Below, piece by piece: positions 39,645 to 53,935 of a stretch of DNA of 64,000 nucleotides (positions are counted from its first letter, which is position 1; every line of letters begins with the position of its first letter). The DNA lies in NCBI RefSeq assembly GCF_006345805.1, contig NC_043002.1:31682001-31746000 (forward strand), in the 5' to 3' direction. The DNA is from Octopus sinensis (taxonomy: Eukaryota). A program made the position numbers and the translations under genes. The notes under the pieces were generated by a model. That model searched no databases. It saw only the letters and a list, made by a program, of their open reading frames with translations, and had not been told where the DNA came from.

Positions 39645-39941
39645 GTGTGTGTGTGTGTGGTGTGTGTGTGTGTGTGTGCGTGTGTGTGTGTGTATGTGTG
39701 TGTATGTGTGTATGTGTCTGTGTGTCGGTGTGTCTGTGTATCTGTGTCTGTGTCTGTATTTGTCCCCTACCAGTTCTTGATGAAGATACTTCACGAAAGT
39801 CTCACTCCATTACCAATGTTGATCACATAATTACCATTGAAATAATAAAAATGGAGCTACTTGTCTTAGAGTCTTCCCTCTGTATGTGTAGCCTTCTGGG
39901 AAAGTATTGATTTCTGGACCTGAAACAGACCAAGAATAGAG

Positions 39942-39995
39942 AGGTTATGTCACTGATGAGGTCAAAAATGGCGACTAAAAGACTTTGACAAACCT
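39942..39995 (+). ncRNA. Degenerate type I hammerhead motif
   Basis: aggtta-tgtca CTGATGA ggtc-loop-gact AAAA gac TT tgaca-aacct (GAAA replaced by AAAA). Confidence 0.5.
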
Positions 39996-40846
39996 AGCCG
40001 ATTGATTGATTGACTGACCGAACAATCGATTAGTTAATAGGTCAAATGGTTTACTAATTGACTAGTGTGCATTAATTGACTTCGAAAGGTGAAAGGCAAA
40101 GTTTACCTTGGCAGGATTTTAACTCGTAATGCAAAAGCTTGAAAAATGACAGCAATCATTCAAATAATCCGACCAATCGACTGCCCTGGCCAGTTACATG
40201 ACACTGAGTTGGCTAAAAGAAGATAGTGAGGAACAAAAGCAACAAATGAGATGTAGTAAGAAGTATGTTTTAAAGCAAGTTAGAAACAAAGGCAAGTAAA
40301 CAGAATTAACGATAAGAAGAGAAATAACTGAAATACGTATATAGATAGACCAGTAAATAATGATTCAGTCCATCGAAAATGTGAGAACGGTAACTGTGTG
40401 AGTAGGAGAAACCACAGATATATGTAAGAAAAATAGAAGTAAACCAGTCTCTCTAGTACTTTCACTTTCTCAATCTCGTTATCTCAGCTGTCTATATTTG
40501 CATCGTATATGAGTGGGAGGTGAGGATGAAAAACAGGTGGAAAGAGGCGCGAGTAGCGATAGGCAGACAGAAGGAGAGAGGGATAGAAGTATGATAAAGA
40601 AGTGGAGGTACGAAGCGGTTTCAATGAAATATAGCCGCATAGAAAGATAGAGAAACTAAAGTGTACCAGAATCAGAGAAAGAGAGAGAAGGAGATATCAG
40701 AGTGATGAAGAATGAGATATTGTTGGGTGACACACAATCGACCTACAACCATCATCTCCTGACATGCCACATAGAAGCAAACCCGAGATTTACTGAGTTG
40801 AAGTAAAGACGTGATATATATATATAAATGTGTGTGTATGTGTGTA

Positions 40847-40878
<32 letters not shown>

Positions 40879-41292
40879 TGTGTGTGTGTGTGTATTGTGT
40901 GTGTTGAAGTTCAATGTGCATCGTGCACACAGATAAAATATGTTGAGGTACTTCATCATTTCATTGGCTAAGTAGTGTCTTAATTGACCAGTTAATGGAG
41001 ACAATACATCATTTACTCTCTCTCTCTCACACACACACAGAAACACACTCACTCACGCACGCACGCACGCAGGAAGAAGATACACCCTAGATCATAGACA
41101 AACAAACAAACACGTACCCACTCTCTCTCACTCACTCTTTCTCTTTCTCTCACACACCAACGCACAAACACAGGCACAAACACACGAAATAATCAATAGA
41201 ACACTGACGTCTCTTATGAGTTAGCCAATTATAAATGCTGTCGAATTATAAACCTTTATTATTATTTTTATTATTATTTTTATTATTATTAA

Positions 41293-41352
<60 letters not shown>

Positions 41353-41354
<2 letters not shown>

Positions 41355-41688
41355 GTTTTTTCCTTCTTCAAATTTTCTTCCGTTTCTCGCCGAGTGTTTT
41401 CTATATACCTAGGGCAGAGAAGCTCATTGTATGCATTCCCAGATTACACGCGCAAATTCAAAGATGAAATATATATTTAAAGATTAATAAATAAATAAAT
41501 TCATGGATGGCTGTTGTTTTCACAGCGATAATGCTCTTCTCAGTACATGAGCCGTCCAGTTAATACGATTTTTTGCACTTCCTGTGGGGATAGTAAGCCT
41601 GGAATCATTTTCAATAGTTTCAGTACCTTTTTTTATCATTCCTAGAGATCCTACAATCACTGTTACTGTAGTCGCCTTGAGATGCCAC
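41353..41688 (-). mobile_element. R4/Dong-type RLE retrotransposon 3' fragment (family 3), tail in (TAA)n 41276-41352
   Basis: WHLKATTVTVIVGSLGMIKKG...TAHVLRRALSL*. Confidence 0.75.
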
Positions 41689-41764
41689 CATTATATTTCA
41701 TATCATTATATTATCATTATTATTATCATATTATTATTATTATATTATTATTATTCGGTAGTAT

Positions 41765-42570
41765 AATATTTTAAAAGCGTGCTTTCACTTCAGTACCAAG
41801 CGCAGCTCTGTGTACCTTAGGTATGTGCTGTGATTTGTTGTGAAGCTCTGATGGTTATTGTATGGAAAGTGTTCTGCGTAGGATGTGTGCGGTGCCTAGT
41901 AGTGCAATTTTCTGTATGTTATGTGTGTTTGTAAGTCCTGGTGTTTTTTTTATGTATTTGTCTGAATATTTTTTTATCATGCCTAATGCACCTATTATGA
42001 TAGGAATTGTTTCTGTTTTAGATTCCACATTCTGGTTACCTCTATTTCCAGGTCTTTGTATTTTGAGAGTTTCTCCATTTCTTTTAGAGACACGTTGTCA
42101 TCCGCTGGTATTGATACATCAATTAGAAAACATTTTTTTTCTTCATGATCTCTGACAACTATATCTGGTCTGTTGGCCTTAATTTCTCTATCTGTGTGTA
42201 TTGGCATATCCCAGAGTATGGTTGCTTTCTCGTTTTCTGTGACCTTTTCTGGTGTGTGCCTATACCATCTTTTTTCTGTTGTTATTCCATAATGTTAGCA
42301 TAGTTTCCAGTGTATATAGGTCCCAACTCTGTCGTGTCTGTGAATATATTCCTTCTTAGCCAGGACTGGGCAGCTAGAGATAATATGATTCATTGTTTCT
42401 TGTCCATCTCCATATATTCTGCAGTTACTCGTTATATTTCTTTTCATTACATGTTTTTGGTAAATTCTGGTGGGGAAGCTTTGGTCTTGTGCTGCAATTA
42501 AAAATCCCTCTGTCTCTGCTATGAGTCCTGAGCTTCTCAACCATTGCTGGGATTTTTTTTTTTTTATTTC

Positions 42571-42572
<2 letters not shown>
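41765..42572 (-). pseudogene. R4/Dong-type RLE retrotransposon 3' fragment (family 2)
   Basis: ETEGFLIAAQDQ, CRIYG..ETMNHIISSC (decayed CCHC), RHD, ILWD, NRPDIVV..CFLIDVSIP..EKLSKY, ALLGTAHILRRTL*. Confidence 0.92.
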
Positions 42573-42641
<69 letters not shown>

Positions 42642-42722
42642 TATTATGATATTCTTATAGTATTATTATTATAATTATTATCATTATTATTATTATTATT
42701 ATTATCATCATCATTATTATAT

Positions 42723-43405
42723 GAAAACTCACAGTTTATTTTGCTGGGTATGATGGAAAGTGTTAGCTGTCTACAGCCAACAGACTGAAGAGACACTTGT
42801 TTACTGTTCATGCTTCAAAAACCCTGCGAAGAATTCTTGCAGTTCCAAGTAATGCTGATTTTTGTAGGTGTTCTACCTTCACACTTGCACCAATCTTTTT
42901 CACCCATGCTGGTAGTTGAGTGCTTATACTTACAAGTGCACCAATTACTATTGTTATCACGTCTACTCTCCTCATTGACCACAAACTTCGTATTTCCCAC
43001 TTTAAATTGTCATAGTTGTTTATTTTTTTTTATTTTTCTTTCACATTAAACCTGTTGTCACCGAGGCATACTATGTCGATTATCATACACGTTCTTTCGT
43101 TTTTATTCACCAAAAAAATGTCCGGTTTCCTGTGTCTGGTCAGGTGATTGCACTGGATCATTACATCCCACATGATTTTGTAGTTGTTATTTTCGGTGAC
43201 TCCTTCTGGGGTTTTCTCGTACCACGTCTTTGCTATTTGAAGGCCATGATTTCCACAGAGCATGCAATGGATCATTCTTCCCACATCGTCAGGGCTTGTT
43301 TTTATTCGCGTTGTGCCACTTTCGAGCATTCGCTAACGATGTGCCATACTGTTTAACCCCTCCCACCACACATTCTGCATTTTTCTCTATCGGTAGTGTT
43401 GTCAA
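42723..43405 (-). pseudogene. R4/Dong-type RLE retrotransposon 3' fragment (family 1), tail in (TAA)n 42573-42722
   Basis: CRMCG...HIVSEC, IMWD, RKPDIFLV..CMIIDI, QKSALLGTARILRRV. Confidence 0.88.
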
Positions 43406-43504
43406 ATCTGCACGCACATTAGATATAAATAGAATTTCTCTTTCGATACTGTTGCAATAGTGAAGATCTTTCCAGAATCCGGTGTACACGAACGACTTAA
43501 ATAT

Positions 43505-43646
43505 ACAACCCAAGTACCTAGCTGGTATTTAGTTTTTCGATCTCAAAAGGATGAAAAGTAAAGTCGACCTCGGATGAATTTGAACATAGAAGGTAATGAC
43601 GGGCATTTTACCTGACATGCGAACCATTTTGCCCATTCGCCGCCTT
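43505..43646 (-). mobile_element. SINE family D, diverged
   Basis: aaaggatgaaaagtaaagtcgacctcgg..gaatttgaac...ttcgccgcc. Confidence 0.65.
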
Positions 43647-43673
43647 ATCCATGTATATATATATATATATATA

Positions 43674-43705
<32 letters not shown>

Positions 43706-43761
43706 TATATATATATAATATACATATATTATAATATATATATATATATATATATAATATA

Positions 43762-43809
<48 letters not shown>

Positions 43810-43810
<1 letters not shown>

Positions 43811-44182
43811 TAGCTTGTTTCCTTCGACCATTTAAAATTGGAATTTTTGAAAAGCAAAAAGTTTGCATTATGTACCTTGTTATTCCCTTTAAGTGAACAT
43901 TTTTCTGGTTGAATTTCACCGAAAAATGGCTACACAGCAATAAAAAAAATCGTAAAAATATAGGGATTTTCATTGAAAAAAAGCACCTTTTTGATGTAAA
44001 TAATTTTTGGTATTAACATGGTCCGATTTGAAAATTTTTCTTTTACGGAAGGAAGAGCAAGTCTTCTAATATCATACTTTTAAGTTTGGTCAACTTGCGC
44101 CGCAGTGTCTCGGAGGAGATAGTGTTTGTTGAAGGCTACCAAACCTGCCATACACAGACAAATTCAGCTTTATATATATAGA
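43810..44182 (-). mobile_element. Non-autonomous Helitron
   Basis: 5' TCTATATATATAAAGCTGAATTTGTCTGTGT and 3' CTAG, inserted between A and T; subterminal hairpin weak. Confidence 0.65.
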
Positions 44183-44695
44183 TATATATTATATGATAGT
44201 TTGACTCACCTCTATCTGATTTAAAATTCCGTGGGCGCATAGGACGCGTCCATCTCATCAGAAATTCAGGAGGAGTGTGCATACATAACTGCAACCCCAA
44301 TAACTGACACAAGGAAAAGATAAAGTTAACATATATAGGCAGAGATATCAGACAGATATGCAGAAAGTCAAAAACTCTTTGATGTCCCTTACATGCCATC
44401 AATATTTGAAAATAAGTTTTATTTTCGTTGAGCGTTCAAAAATCTAGAAATATATTTTTACATGAACCACTTATAATCAATACACCTCTTATAATCTTTC
44501 AATTATAATTATACTGTCCTCTGGTCTGGAATTTCTCATAAAATATTGTTCACCTAAATTCTCACGATGCAGTATCAATTTCTCATCCTACCAAACACTT
44601 TTATTTCTCAATCAACATTAATTTATCTAGTATCACTTCAGATATTCTTTCTCGACCATTTTGTTCTTTATGCAATAACAGCATTTCAGTTTGAA

Positions 44696-45113
44696 TATTG
44701 GTTTCAGATATTGTTACCATGTCAGCAATTTCGGGATAGAGGTGGTGATTAGTCGATTACTTCCACCCCAGTGCTCAAATGCTACTTATTCTATTCACCC
44801 GAAAGACTGAAAAGGTAAAGTCGACCTTAACAGAATTTGAACTCAGAACGTTAAGACGGACGGAATGGCGCTTTTTATTAGAATAGGTATGCTAACGATT
44901 CTGCCAGATCGCCGCCTTGTTCACTCTGAATATTGGCTTCAAATTTTAACACAATGCCAGCAATTTCATGAGAGGGCGTAAGTCCATTGCAACGACCCCA
45001 GTCCTCAAATTGTACTTATTTTATCGACTCCGAAGGGATGAAAATCAAAGTCGTCTTCGTTAGAATTTGAACTCGAATGTAAATCGATAAGCTAACGATA
45101 CTGCTAGGTCACC
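44696..45113 (-). mobile_element. Two tandem diverged SINE D copies (alternative tail)
   Basis: 44696-44916 and 44931-45113, each with aaagtcgacc/gtcgtc..gaatttgaactc and a tattggtttca end. Confidence 0.7.
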
Positions 45114-45760
45114 CTCTTACCCAGTCAGAATATCAACAACATTAAGTCCCTCTCCTGGTTTATGCGTATAATCTAAATTAAGAGGAGTTAAGGAGGAGAA
45201 AAGGTACTCCATCAGCTTTTAAACTAACGAATAAAGGACATCACAATGCAATTACGAACGAAGGTCTTGACTGCAAACCTATTAAATAAAGACCTAAACC
45301 GGAATTCTCAGACATAGTAATTCATGGGAAAATGAACTAAAAATCTGATATATACATTGTTCCTGAGATATTTACATCAGCATTTCATTAACAAATTAGC
45401 TTTTTAAAAATACATCAGTGATACAAGTCGACAATCGCATCAAAATATGATAGCAAATGAGAAGACCGTTAAGTGAAAATCACCGGAAATATCGCAAGGT
45501 TGACAGGGGGGTGAGGCAGTTTCTTATAAAGTAATTGTTATAAGAAGAACAATCTAAGTCTCACGGCAAATAAAACATCAAAAATTACATTGAACATTTA
45601 GGATATCCCTCTGCTACAACAAAACCAACATATACGGGCGAGCGCACAAACACACACACACAATTCTGTTATTTCTCTTTACTCTCTCACTCTCTCACTC
45701 CCCCCACATTTTATCTTTCTCTCCGTATGCGTATGTGTATATATATAGATATATATATAG

Positions 45761-45792
<32 letters not shown>

Positions 45793-45829
45793 TACATATA
45801 TATATATGTCTATACCTATATAGGACACC

Positions 45830-45871
<42 letters not shown>

Positions 45872-45924
45872 TATACACATATATGTATATACATATATAT
45901 GTATATATATACATATGTGCATAT

Positions 45925-45963
<39 letters not shown>

Positions 45964-46225
45964 AATTTGTATGTGTGTGTGTATACATACATACATATAT
46001 GTGTATATAAATACAGACTTAAAAGTTTATCTAAATATCATCTACATTTATACATATATACAAATTATTTATGTATTTGCATACACGTACATATATACAT
46101 ATATACACACACACACATATATCTATACACATATCTACATAAATCTACGCAGTTAGACAGATGGACAGATAGACAGATGGACAGATAGACAGATGGACAG
46201 ACAGATGGGTCAATAGATCAATAGT

Positions 46226-46505
46226 TAGGTAGGTATGTAGGTAGATTGGTAGGTAGGTAGGTAGGTAGGTAGGTAGGTATTTATGTAGGTAGATAGATAG
46301 GTAGGTAGGTATGTAGGTAGGTTGGTAGGTAGGTATGTAGGTAGGTAGATAGGTAGGTTGGTAGGTAGGTAGGTAGGTAGGTAGGTAGATAGGTAGGTAG
46401 GTAGATAGGTAGGTAGGTAGGTAGGTAGGTAGGTAGGTAGGTAGGTAGGTAGCTAGGTAGCTAGGTAGGTAGCTAGGTAGCTAGGTTGTAGGTAGGTAGG
46501 TAGAT
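46226..46505. repeat. (TAGG)n microsatellite
   Basis: Directly visible. Confidence 0.95.
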
Positions 46506-46686
46506 AAATTTTACTTTCTGAATCAGAGGCACGTATCTTAGTGGTCTTAACATAGCAGGGAAATTAAATACATGTAGCGAAGAATGATTTCGTTCTAAAT
46601 TCGGTGCCAGAAACCGATTACAAAAATTATATCTGAATGTCCGTATGTGCGTGTACATGTACCTATGTAATAGCCTACGTGTGCGA

Positions 46687-46729
<43 letters not shown>

Positions 46730-47146
46730 GTGTGTGTGTGTATTTGCATGTTCTGTTTTAAAATCCTTTGTAAATAATGTCATGATATTAATAAGTCAGT
46801 GTGTCAATGAATCTGAAGTATACATAGAGTTGTCATTCAATGTTTACTAAAATTGGATTTTATAGTTGTCTCCCTTACCTTTCGAGAGCAGAATTAAAAA
46901 TTAAATCATTGATATTCTTCTTCTCTGCAGATTAATTGCATTCAGTTAAACATCTCGGCGCTTGAGTGACTATGTTGCTTCCACTAAATATTAATATAGA
47001 TAGATAAATAAATATATAGATAGACAGACAAGATGACAGACAGGTAGACAGACATACATATATAAAGACAGACAGGGAGATAAATTGACAGACAGACAAA
47101 TAGATAGACAGACAGACAGACAGACAGACGGACAGACAGACAGACG

Positions 47147-47250
<104 letters not shown>

Positions 47251-47430
47251 TGTTTCTTTATTAGCCACACAGGGCTGCACACAGACGGGACAGATTACAA
47301 AGTAGATCTTTTCGTTTTGGGAGAGAGAAAAAATAGTGGGGTAGCTCTTCGATCAAAAGGGATCGTAAAAGGGAAAGAAGAAAAAAAAGGAAAAGAAAAA
47401 AGAAAAAAACGATCAATAGGGATCGTGTAT
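47251..47430 (-). mobile_element. Retroelement 3' end embedded in a (GATA)n array
   Basis: Flanked on both sides by (GATA)n (47148-47250, 47431-47562); ends gccctgtgtggctaataaagaaac. Confidence 0.6.
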
Positions 47431-47563
<133 letters not shown>

Positions 47564-48452
47564 TTGTCAGACGTTTCTTTGAGCTTTACATTGGTTCTTA
47601 AGTTCAAACCGGAACAAAGCGACAAGACGTTTTGAGTTAAGAAAGTTCCCGGTATTTGCTAATGTGTGGTTGAGTTGGTGTGTTCGTTAAACTGTCGATG
47701 TATACGCCCAAGTGTGTGCATCTATTCACATAAGATTCTCACTTGGAGACTTTTTCAAATGTCGTACAAATCCCCACCGAACCACGAACAGGTTGCATTT
47801 GGGGAACCTAGGTCAGTCTTCCTTTATGCTCTTTGTCCGAAAAACCTAGTATATCTAGATTTTTGTGTAGATTTGAAGTTACATAGCCCAGTGCACCTAT
47901 GAAAATAGCTACAAATGAGTATTTATTGTCAGGGTACAAGAACTATAAGTTCCACATTGATTCACTATAAATATTCTCGTTTTCCTTGGTTTTGATGGTA
48001 TATTCACATCCGCTAGGTAGCTGATCTCTACAACAGTTCATGTCCTTTGTTCCCTGTTTCATAGAGTCTATTATGTTTGCACCAAACTACTGTTTTATAT
48101 TGGAGTGTTCCACCTGTATTCCTTCTTTTTGAAGGTGTGAATACCGGTTGGTTCTGACATACCTTTGATGTATACGTCAGGGTAAACCTTCTTCCGGACA
48201 GTATTGTTGTAAATAGTTATTGCAACTATATCATACCTCAGAGCAAGCATCATATGTCTATATATGCATATATGCATGCATGTATTATGTTTGTATGTAT
48301 GTATGCATGTATGTTTGTATGTACGTAGATATATATGTATGCATGTATGTATGTATGTATGTATGTATGTATTATATATGTATGTATGCATGTATGTTTG
48401 TATGTACGTATATATGTATGTATATACATATATAGATCGTGATGGATCGTTA

Positions 48453-48633
48453 GATAGATCGTTAGCTACTACGCACAATTTTTTCTCTCCTTGTTTTTTC
48501 TGTGACCCTTTCTGTAAAAGAGCGTAGACTCGAAACGTAAAAGACTTTTTCTATTCCTGAGCGTTATACTAATACATCTGTTTGTTTTGTACACCACCTG
48601 TCTTCGTCTTTTGTTTTTTTCATAAACTCTCCC
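48453..48633 (+). repeat. Second copy of the 32945-33128 repeat
   Basis: cttt CTGTAAA a gag-cgtaga-ctc GAAA c GTA aaag. Confidence 0.8.
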
Positions 48634-49513
48634 TTTATGCATGTATGTTTGTATGTACGTATATATGTATGTGTGTATATTTGTGTGTATGTATGTATTT
48701 TTTTATATGGAGATCCATATTTTCCGGTTGTTGATCCTATAGTTAGCTAATTTCGTTATAGTGCAAATTCACATTAGATGAGTTCATTTGAATGTCAACA
48801 AGGTCATCTTTCCTTATCATAATTGGAGTATCGATAAAAGAAGTATCAGGAAAGTGGTCAAATATTTCTCGCTCACACACACAAACACACATTCTCTCTC
48901 TCTCTCTCACACACACACACGCTCTCTCACTCCTTCGTCCTCTCCATCACCTGCAATTCCTCTGCCACAGCTCCTTTCCTCCCGAGATCGTCTGCGTGGT
49001 GCTGTAAGAACGACAGAAGACGTTACATACCTTATTTAATTCTTCAAAAAACAATAATTTTTAAGTGTATTACAGTGGAAAATAATAATCTACGAGATGC
49101 TAGCAAGATGTGGTATATGATGTTGACGATGATGACGATGATGATGACGACGACAAAGACGTCGGCGACGCTGAGCAGGAGGTGGGGGATGGGGAGGAGA
49201 ATGTGACGGGGAGAAGGTCGAAGACGACGACGTCGTAGATGAAGGCTATTAAAGGCGGCGTCAACGACGACGGTGATGGCTGCGAAGACAACCGCCATAA
49301 CAACGACGATAACGATTACGATAAGAACGATTAAGACGACGGTGGTGAACGATTGGGATAATAGTCACGGCTGTCGAGTAATTCGACTGAGACCTGCGCT
49401 GGTGCCCATCACATCGATTCGACATATGTATTCAAAACAGAAATGAAACTTATAAAATACTCCCCATCGAATCACGGCTGTCAGTCATTATATTCAACAG
49501 ATTATTGTTTATA

Positions 49514-49648
49514 GGCGCAGGAATGGCTGTGTGGTAGGTAGCTTGCTTACAAACGACATGGTTCCAGGTTCAGTCCCACTGCGTGGCACCTTGCACAAGT
49601 GTCTTACACTATAGCTTCGGGCCAACCAAAGCGTTGTGAGTGAATTGG

Positions 49649-49702
<54 letters not shown>

Positions 49703-49946
49703 CGTATGCGCGTGTGTGTGTGCGTGAACGCGCGCGCGTGTGTGTTTGTGAATGGGTGTGTGTGTGTCTGTGTTTGTCACTCCGATACCGCTTGACAACC
49801 GATGATGGTGTGTTTACGTCCCCGTCCCTCAACGCTTCGGCAAGAGACACTGATAGAATAAATAGTAGGCTTACAAAGAATAAGTCCTGGAGTGCTGCAG
49901 CGTGGCCGCTGTCAAATGACTGAAACAAATAAAAGAATAAAAGAGT
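49514..49946 (+). mobile_element. SINE family A, full length
   Basis: ggcgcaggaatggctgtgtggtag...gtcaaatgactgaaacaaataaaagaataaaagagt. Confidence 0.9.
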
Positions 49947-50485
49947 GGTTATAACATAAGGGCACATAAGTAAACACCTTCGAGCAATAAATACGCTAAT
50001 TATACGCAATGGTAATAAAATGTAGCGGTTATAACATGGTATATTAACAATAGTTACTACAAGGACAATATGTCAAAGCAATAATTAATTAGATATAGTG
50101 TACCCACGTCAGGTGTTCACCAAAAGCTGGTGTGCAAAGAATCTACACTGAATGTCCTTAAATGAAATACATGAGCTCATTTCTATTCCCTTTGTAGTGC
50201 TTCAGCCCAGGGGTATAGATTTCAAAGTTACCAGCTTGTGTACACCTCTAGTATTACATCCGTTTTACAAGAGCGCGCGGGGATAAGCAAACATACAAAG
50301 AAGCCAAAATAGACAAGCATACGCGCACACATGCATACACACATATGTCGCGCACGATGCCTAGGCAATAACGAAACACATCTACAACAGTTTAATTCGA
50401 GTTTTCACATGCATGAGAATAGTGTTGCACATACATATTCATGAGTTTATATGCTAGCACATTTCTATGTGTATATGTATATATG

Positions 50486-50557
<72 letters not shown>

Positions 50558-50622
50558 ATGTGTGTGTGTGTGTGTGTGTGTATTATATATATATATATAT
50601 AATATATATATATATATATGTT

Positions 50623-50681
<59 letters not shown>

Positions 50682-50863
50682 ATACATACATACATCCGTA
50701 CATATATATGCATGTATGTACGTATGTATGCATGCATCAATTTATGAATGTGAGAATGAGCGTGTGTATATATATATATAGAGAAATAGATAGAGAGAGT
50801 GGAAAACACACAAATAGATATATTACTATACACATATAAGCATATATGCACATATAAGAAGGT

Positions 50864-50915
<52 letters not shown>

Positions 50916-51254
50916 ATATACGTATACACACACACATATATTTGCATATATGTATGTATATATATATATATGCACACACACACGTATAGCTATAGCACAC
51001 AAATAAATATATTTATATGCATAAACAAGCGTATATGTACATATAAGTAGATAATAATATTCATATATATATATATATGAGCATATGTGAGAGAGTATGT
51101 ATGTGTCTATAAGGACAGGTGCAACATATATGTATGTGTGTGTGTGTGTATGTAAATATATATATATATATATACATACACACACACACACGCACACACA
51201 CTCACGCACGCACCCCCCCCCCCACACATATATATATATATATATACCCAACGT

Positions 51255-51403
51255 GCCTGTTTCATTTTCGGACCACGAAATCCACTCCCAAAACTTTTGT
51301 CAACACGTGGTTGCAGTAGAAGATACTTTTGCAAGGTGCCATGCAGTGAGACCGATCCTGAAACTGTGTTGCTGGGATGTAAACTCCTTATCACACACAG
51401 CCA
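51255..51403 (-). mobile_element. SINE family A 5' half, diverged
   Basis: aaatccactc..aa...gtagaagatactt..gcaaggtgccatgcagtgagac. Confidence 0.6.
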
Positions 51404-51420
51404 GGCCTACACGTATGTGA

Positions 51421-51451
<31 letters not shown>

Positions 51452-52464
51452 GTTGTAGGTGGGCTTTGGGTGTGTATTGTTGTCATTTGTATATGTGTAT
51501 GTACGCCATAAATCTAAGTCATACGCAGGATGAACACCGAGAATCAGGCTCCTGATTTCTCTGTTCATTTTTAATACGTTTAATATTTTTTCAGGTCGAT
51601 TCGCCAATCTCACTCAATTATTATTATTATTATTATCATTATTATTATTATTGTTGTTGTTATTGTTATTGTTATTGTTGTTGTTGCTGTTACTATTATT
51701 ATTATTATTGTTATTATTATTGTATAATGAGTTTAGTTTTTTTTGCTAAATAAATCATAAATATATTTGGAATGTGTAATATCAATTAGTTATGAGTATA
51801 AGCAAAACATCAAAGGAAAACATTTGTATGTACAATGTATAATCAGTATGTTTTAACATCCGCTGCCGAAACCTTCCTCTTAACTTCATAAATAATGCCT
51901 TAAATGTCGCAGGAGAATGACAACTGCGGCTTGACTCTCTGTAAGTTTTGTGCAGCCGGTACCCATACAAACATATCTGTTAGCATACAAGCATACACAA
52001 TAAAGGTTTATTGAAGTAGCATTGCATAGTCAAACAAGCACTCATATGCATAAACATGCCCATAGCTAACTAGGTAATATACACACACACACAAACACAC
52101 ATACACATGCACATACCCTCACATATACATAATTCACACACAATCACACACATACACACACAGATATGTTCTACTGTACAACTGTGAAATTCACGTGAAA
52201 TGATAAGATTGAGCTAGCATTTGTAATCATGTAGTCTACTGAAAAAAATAAAGAATTACCCATTCACTTATGAATATGTTTAGATTCTTTAAATTTCGAT
52301 AATCTGATCATGGGATTTGTGAGTGGTGACAAATCACTATGAGATTTTTACATAAGATTATCCATAAACAAATGTACAGGATGCAGTGGATGTATATGTA
52401 TTACATTCTTTGTCTAGATACAAATGCTTTCATAAATGCACACAAATAATCGCTTGCATATATA

Positions 52465-52697
52465 CCTATTTCTTTATTACCCACAAGGGGCTAAACATAG
52501 AGGGGACAAACAAGGACAGACATAGGTATTAAGTCGATTATATCGACCTCAGTTCGTAACTGGTACTTAATTTATCGACCCCGAAAGGATGAAAGGCAAA
52601 GTCGACCTCGGCGGAATTTGAACTCACAACGTAACGGCAGACGAAATACGGCTACGCATTTCGCCCGGCGTGCTAACGTTTCTGCCAGCTCGCCGCC
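52465..52697 (-). mobile_element. SINE family D, full length
   Basis: ggcggcgagctggcagaaacgttagcacg...gagttcaaattccgccgaggtcgactttgcctttcatcctttcggggtcgataaa...gccccttgtgggtaataaagaaatagg. Confidence 0.9.
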
Positions 52698-52774
52698 TTA
52701 TATACCTGTGTATTTTAGTCTGTAAAACCCAAGGCATATGGTCTACGGGTTACAGTATTTGGTTCACGGGAATA

Positions 52775-52991
52775 CGAGCGGATGCGTAAAGTTCCTAGCT
52801 TTGGGTAAAAGAAAATATATGAGGTTCTGTTAATTGTGATTTTATTCAACATATTTTCCCTCTTGAGATTCACACGCTTATTGCAGCAGCACTTAAGTCT
52901 TGATAAGCCCTGAAAAGAACTTGGAAGTTTGAGCATTCAGACAAGCATTTCGTGATACCTATAAAGCCAGGGACATTTCAGCACGCACTTG
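52775..52991 (-). mobile_element. Mariner MITE, same family as 19861-20077
   Basis: TA-flanked, same length and internal sequence. Confidence 0.75.
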
Positions 52992-53509
52992 TATTGTCGG
53001 AGGATCAGTTACTAGAAAGATCTCATAGTGGTTGTCGAAAATGTTCTACTCTTGCACCAGCCCTAATTTCTGGGCACCTTATACCCACAATTGCAAACCC
53101 ATGGATAACTTTGTTGTTGTTGTTGTTTATATGTTTGTCTCTTTATTCCTTTTCTGCAAACTGTCAAATTTAGACCGAACACTCTGAATATGTGTCGTTA
53201 TGCGTATGAGTGTTTATATGTGTGTATGTGAGCATGTAAGCATGTTTGTATATAGATCAATATTTAATATGTCCTTTTTCAACTTCAAACGTTAAAGTAT
53301 AATATGAAGGTCATTTGAGTGCAATAACTGGCAGATAGTTTCCCCCTTCTAGGTTGGACTAAAACTATGTTGCTGTTAGATATTCCTAGATCAATCGTAG
53401 ATAAAAAAAATTATGATGATAGACGTTACGCTTATGATATTACCGCCGCTGAATCATATCTGCTGAATAAAAAGCAATCAGTGTTATTTTTCATTAAAAA
53501 TAATTAAGC

Positions 53510-53935
53510 AAGCCTTTATTTCAATAAAACTTTTGGTTTTGTTAAACAAAGTTAAGGCAAAAAAAAAACTTCTTGAGAAACCAAATAGTCTTTCCTTCCT
53601 TCATGCCAAGTTTGAAGAAAATATCTCTTTTGCATCTTACTTTTATGGTCTCTTAAATATACTGCATTTTGTGGCATCATTTCAAGCCAGCGGGCTTTTT
53701 TCTCGCGTACGCGAAGTATCGGTCGCAACAGCTGATATGCTTGCGCGTACAAATGCACCTTCCCACGGCTTTATCGATCACATTCTCATCTGCATTCGAT
53801 TTTTGTAATTTTTTCAAGACTTATACACGCCCTGATACCGTCGGTATCTACCCATCAAATTTGAGCGCAATCGGATGGAGGATGCCCGAGATCCTAGAAG
53901 ACACACACACACACACACACACAGAACGGATTTTA

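Noticed and set aside
42757-42800. GAAA...CTGAAGA on the plus strand
   Set aside because: Antisense to the 3' UTR hairpin of an RLE retrotransposon; no hammerhead topology.
49044-49298. Hydrophobic 84-aa ORF
   Set aside because: Val/Ile richness follows from (GTC/ATC) repeats; no recognisable domain.
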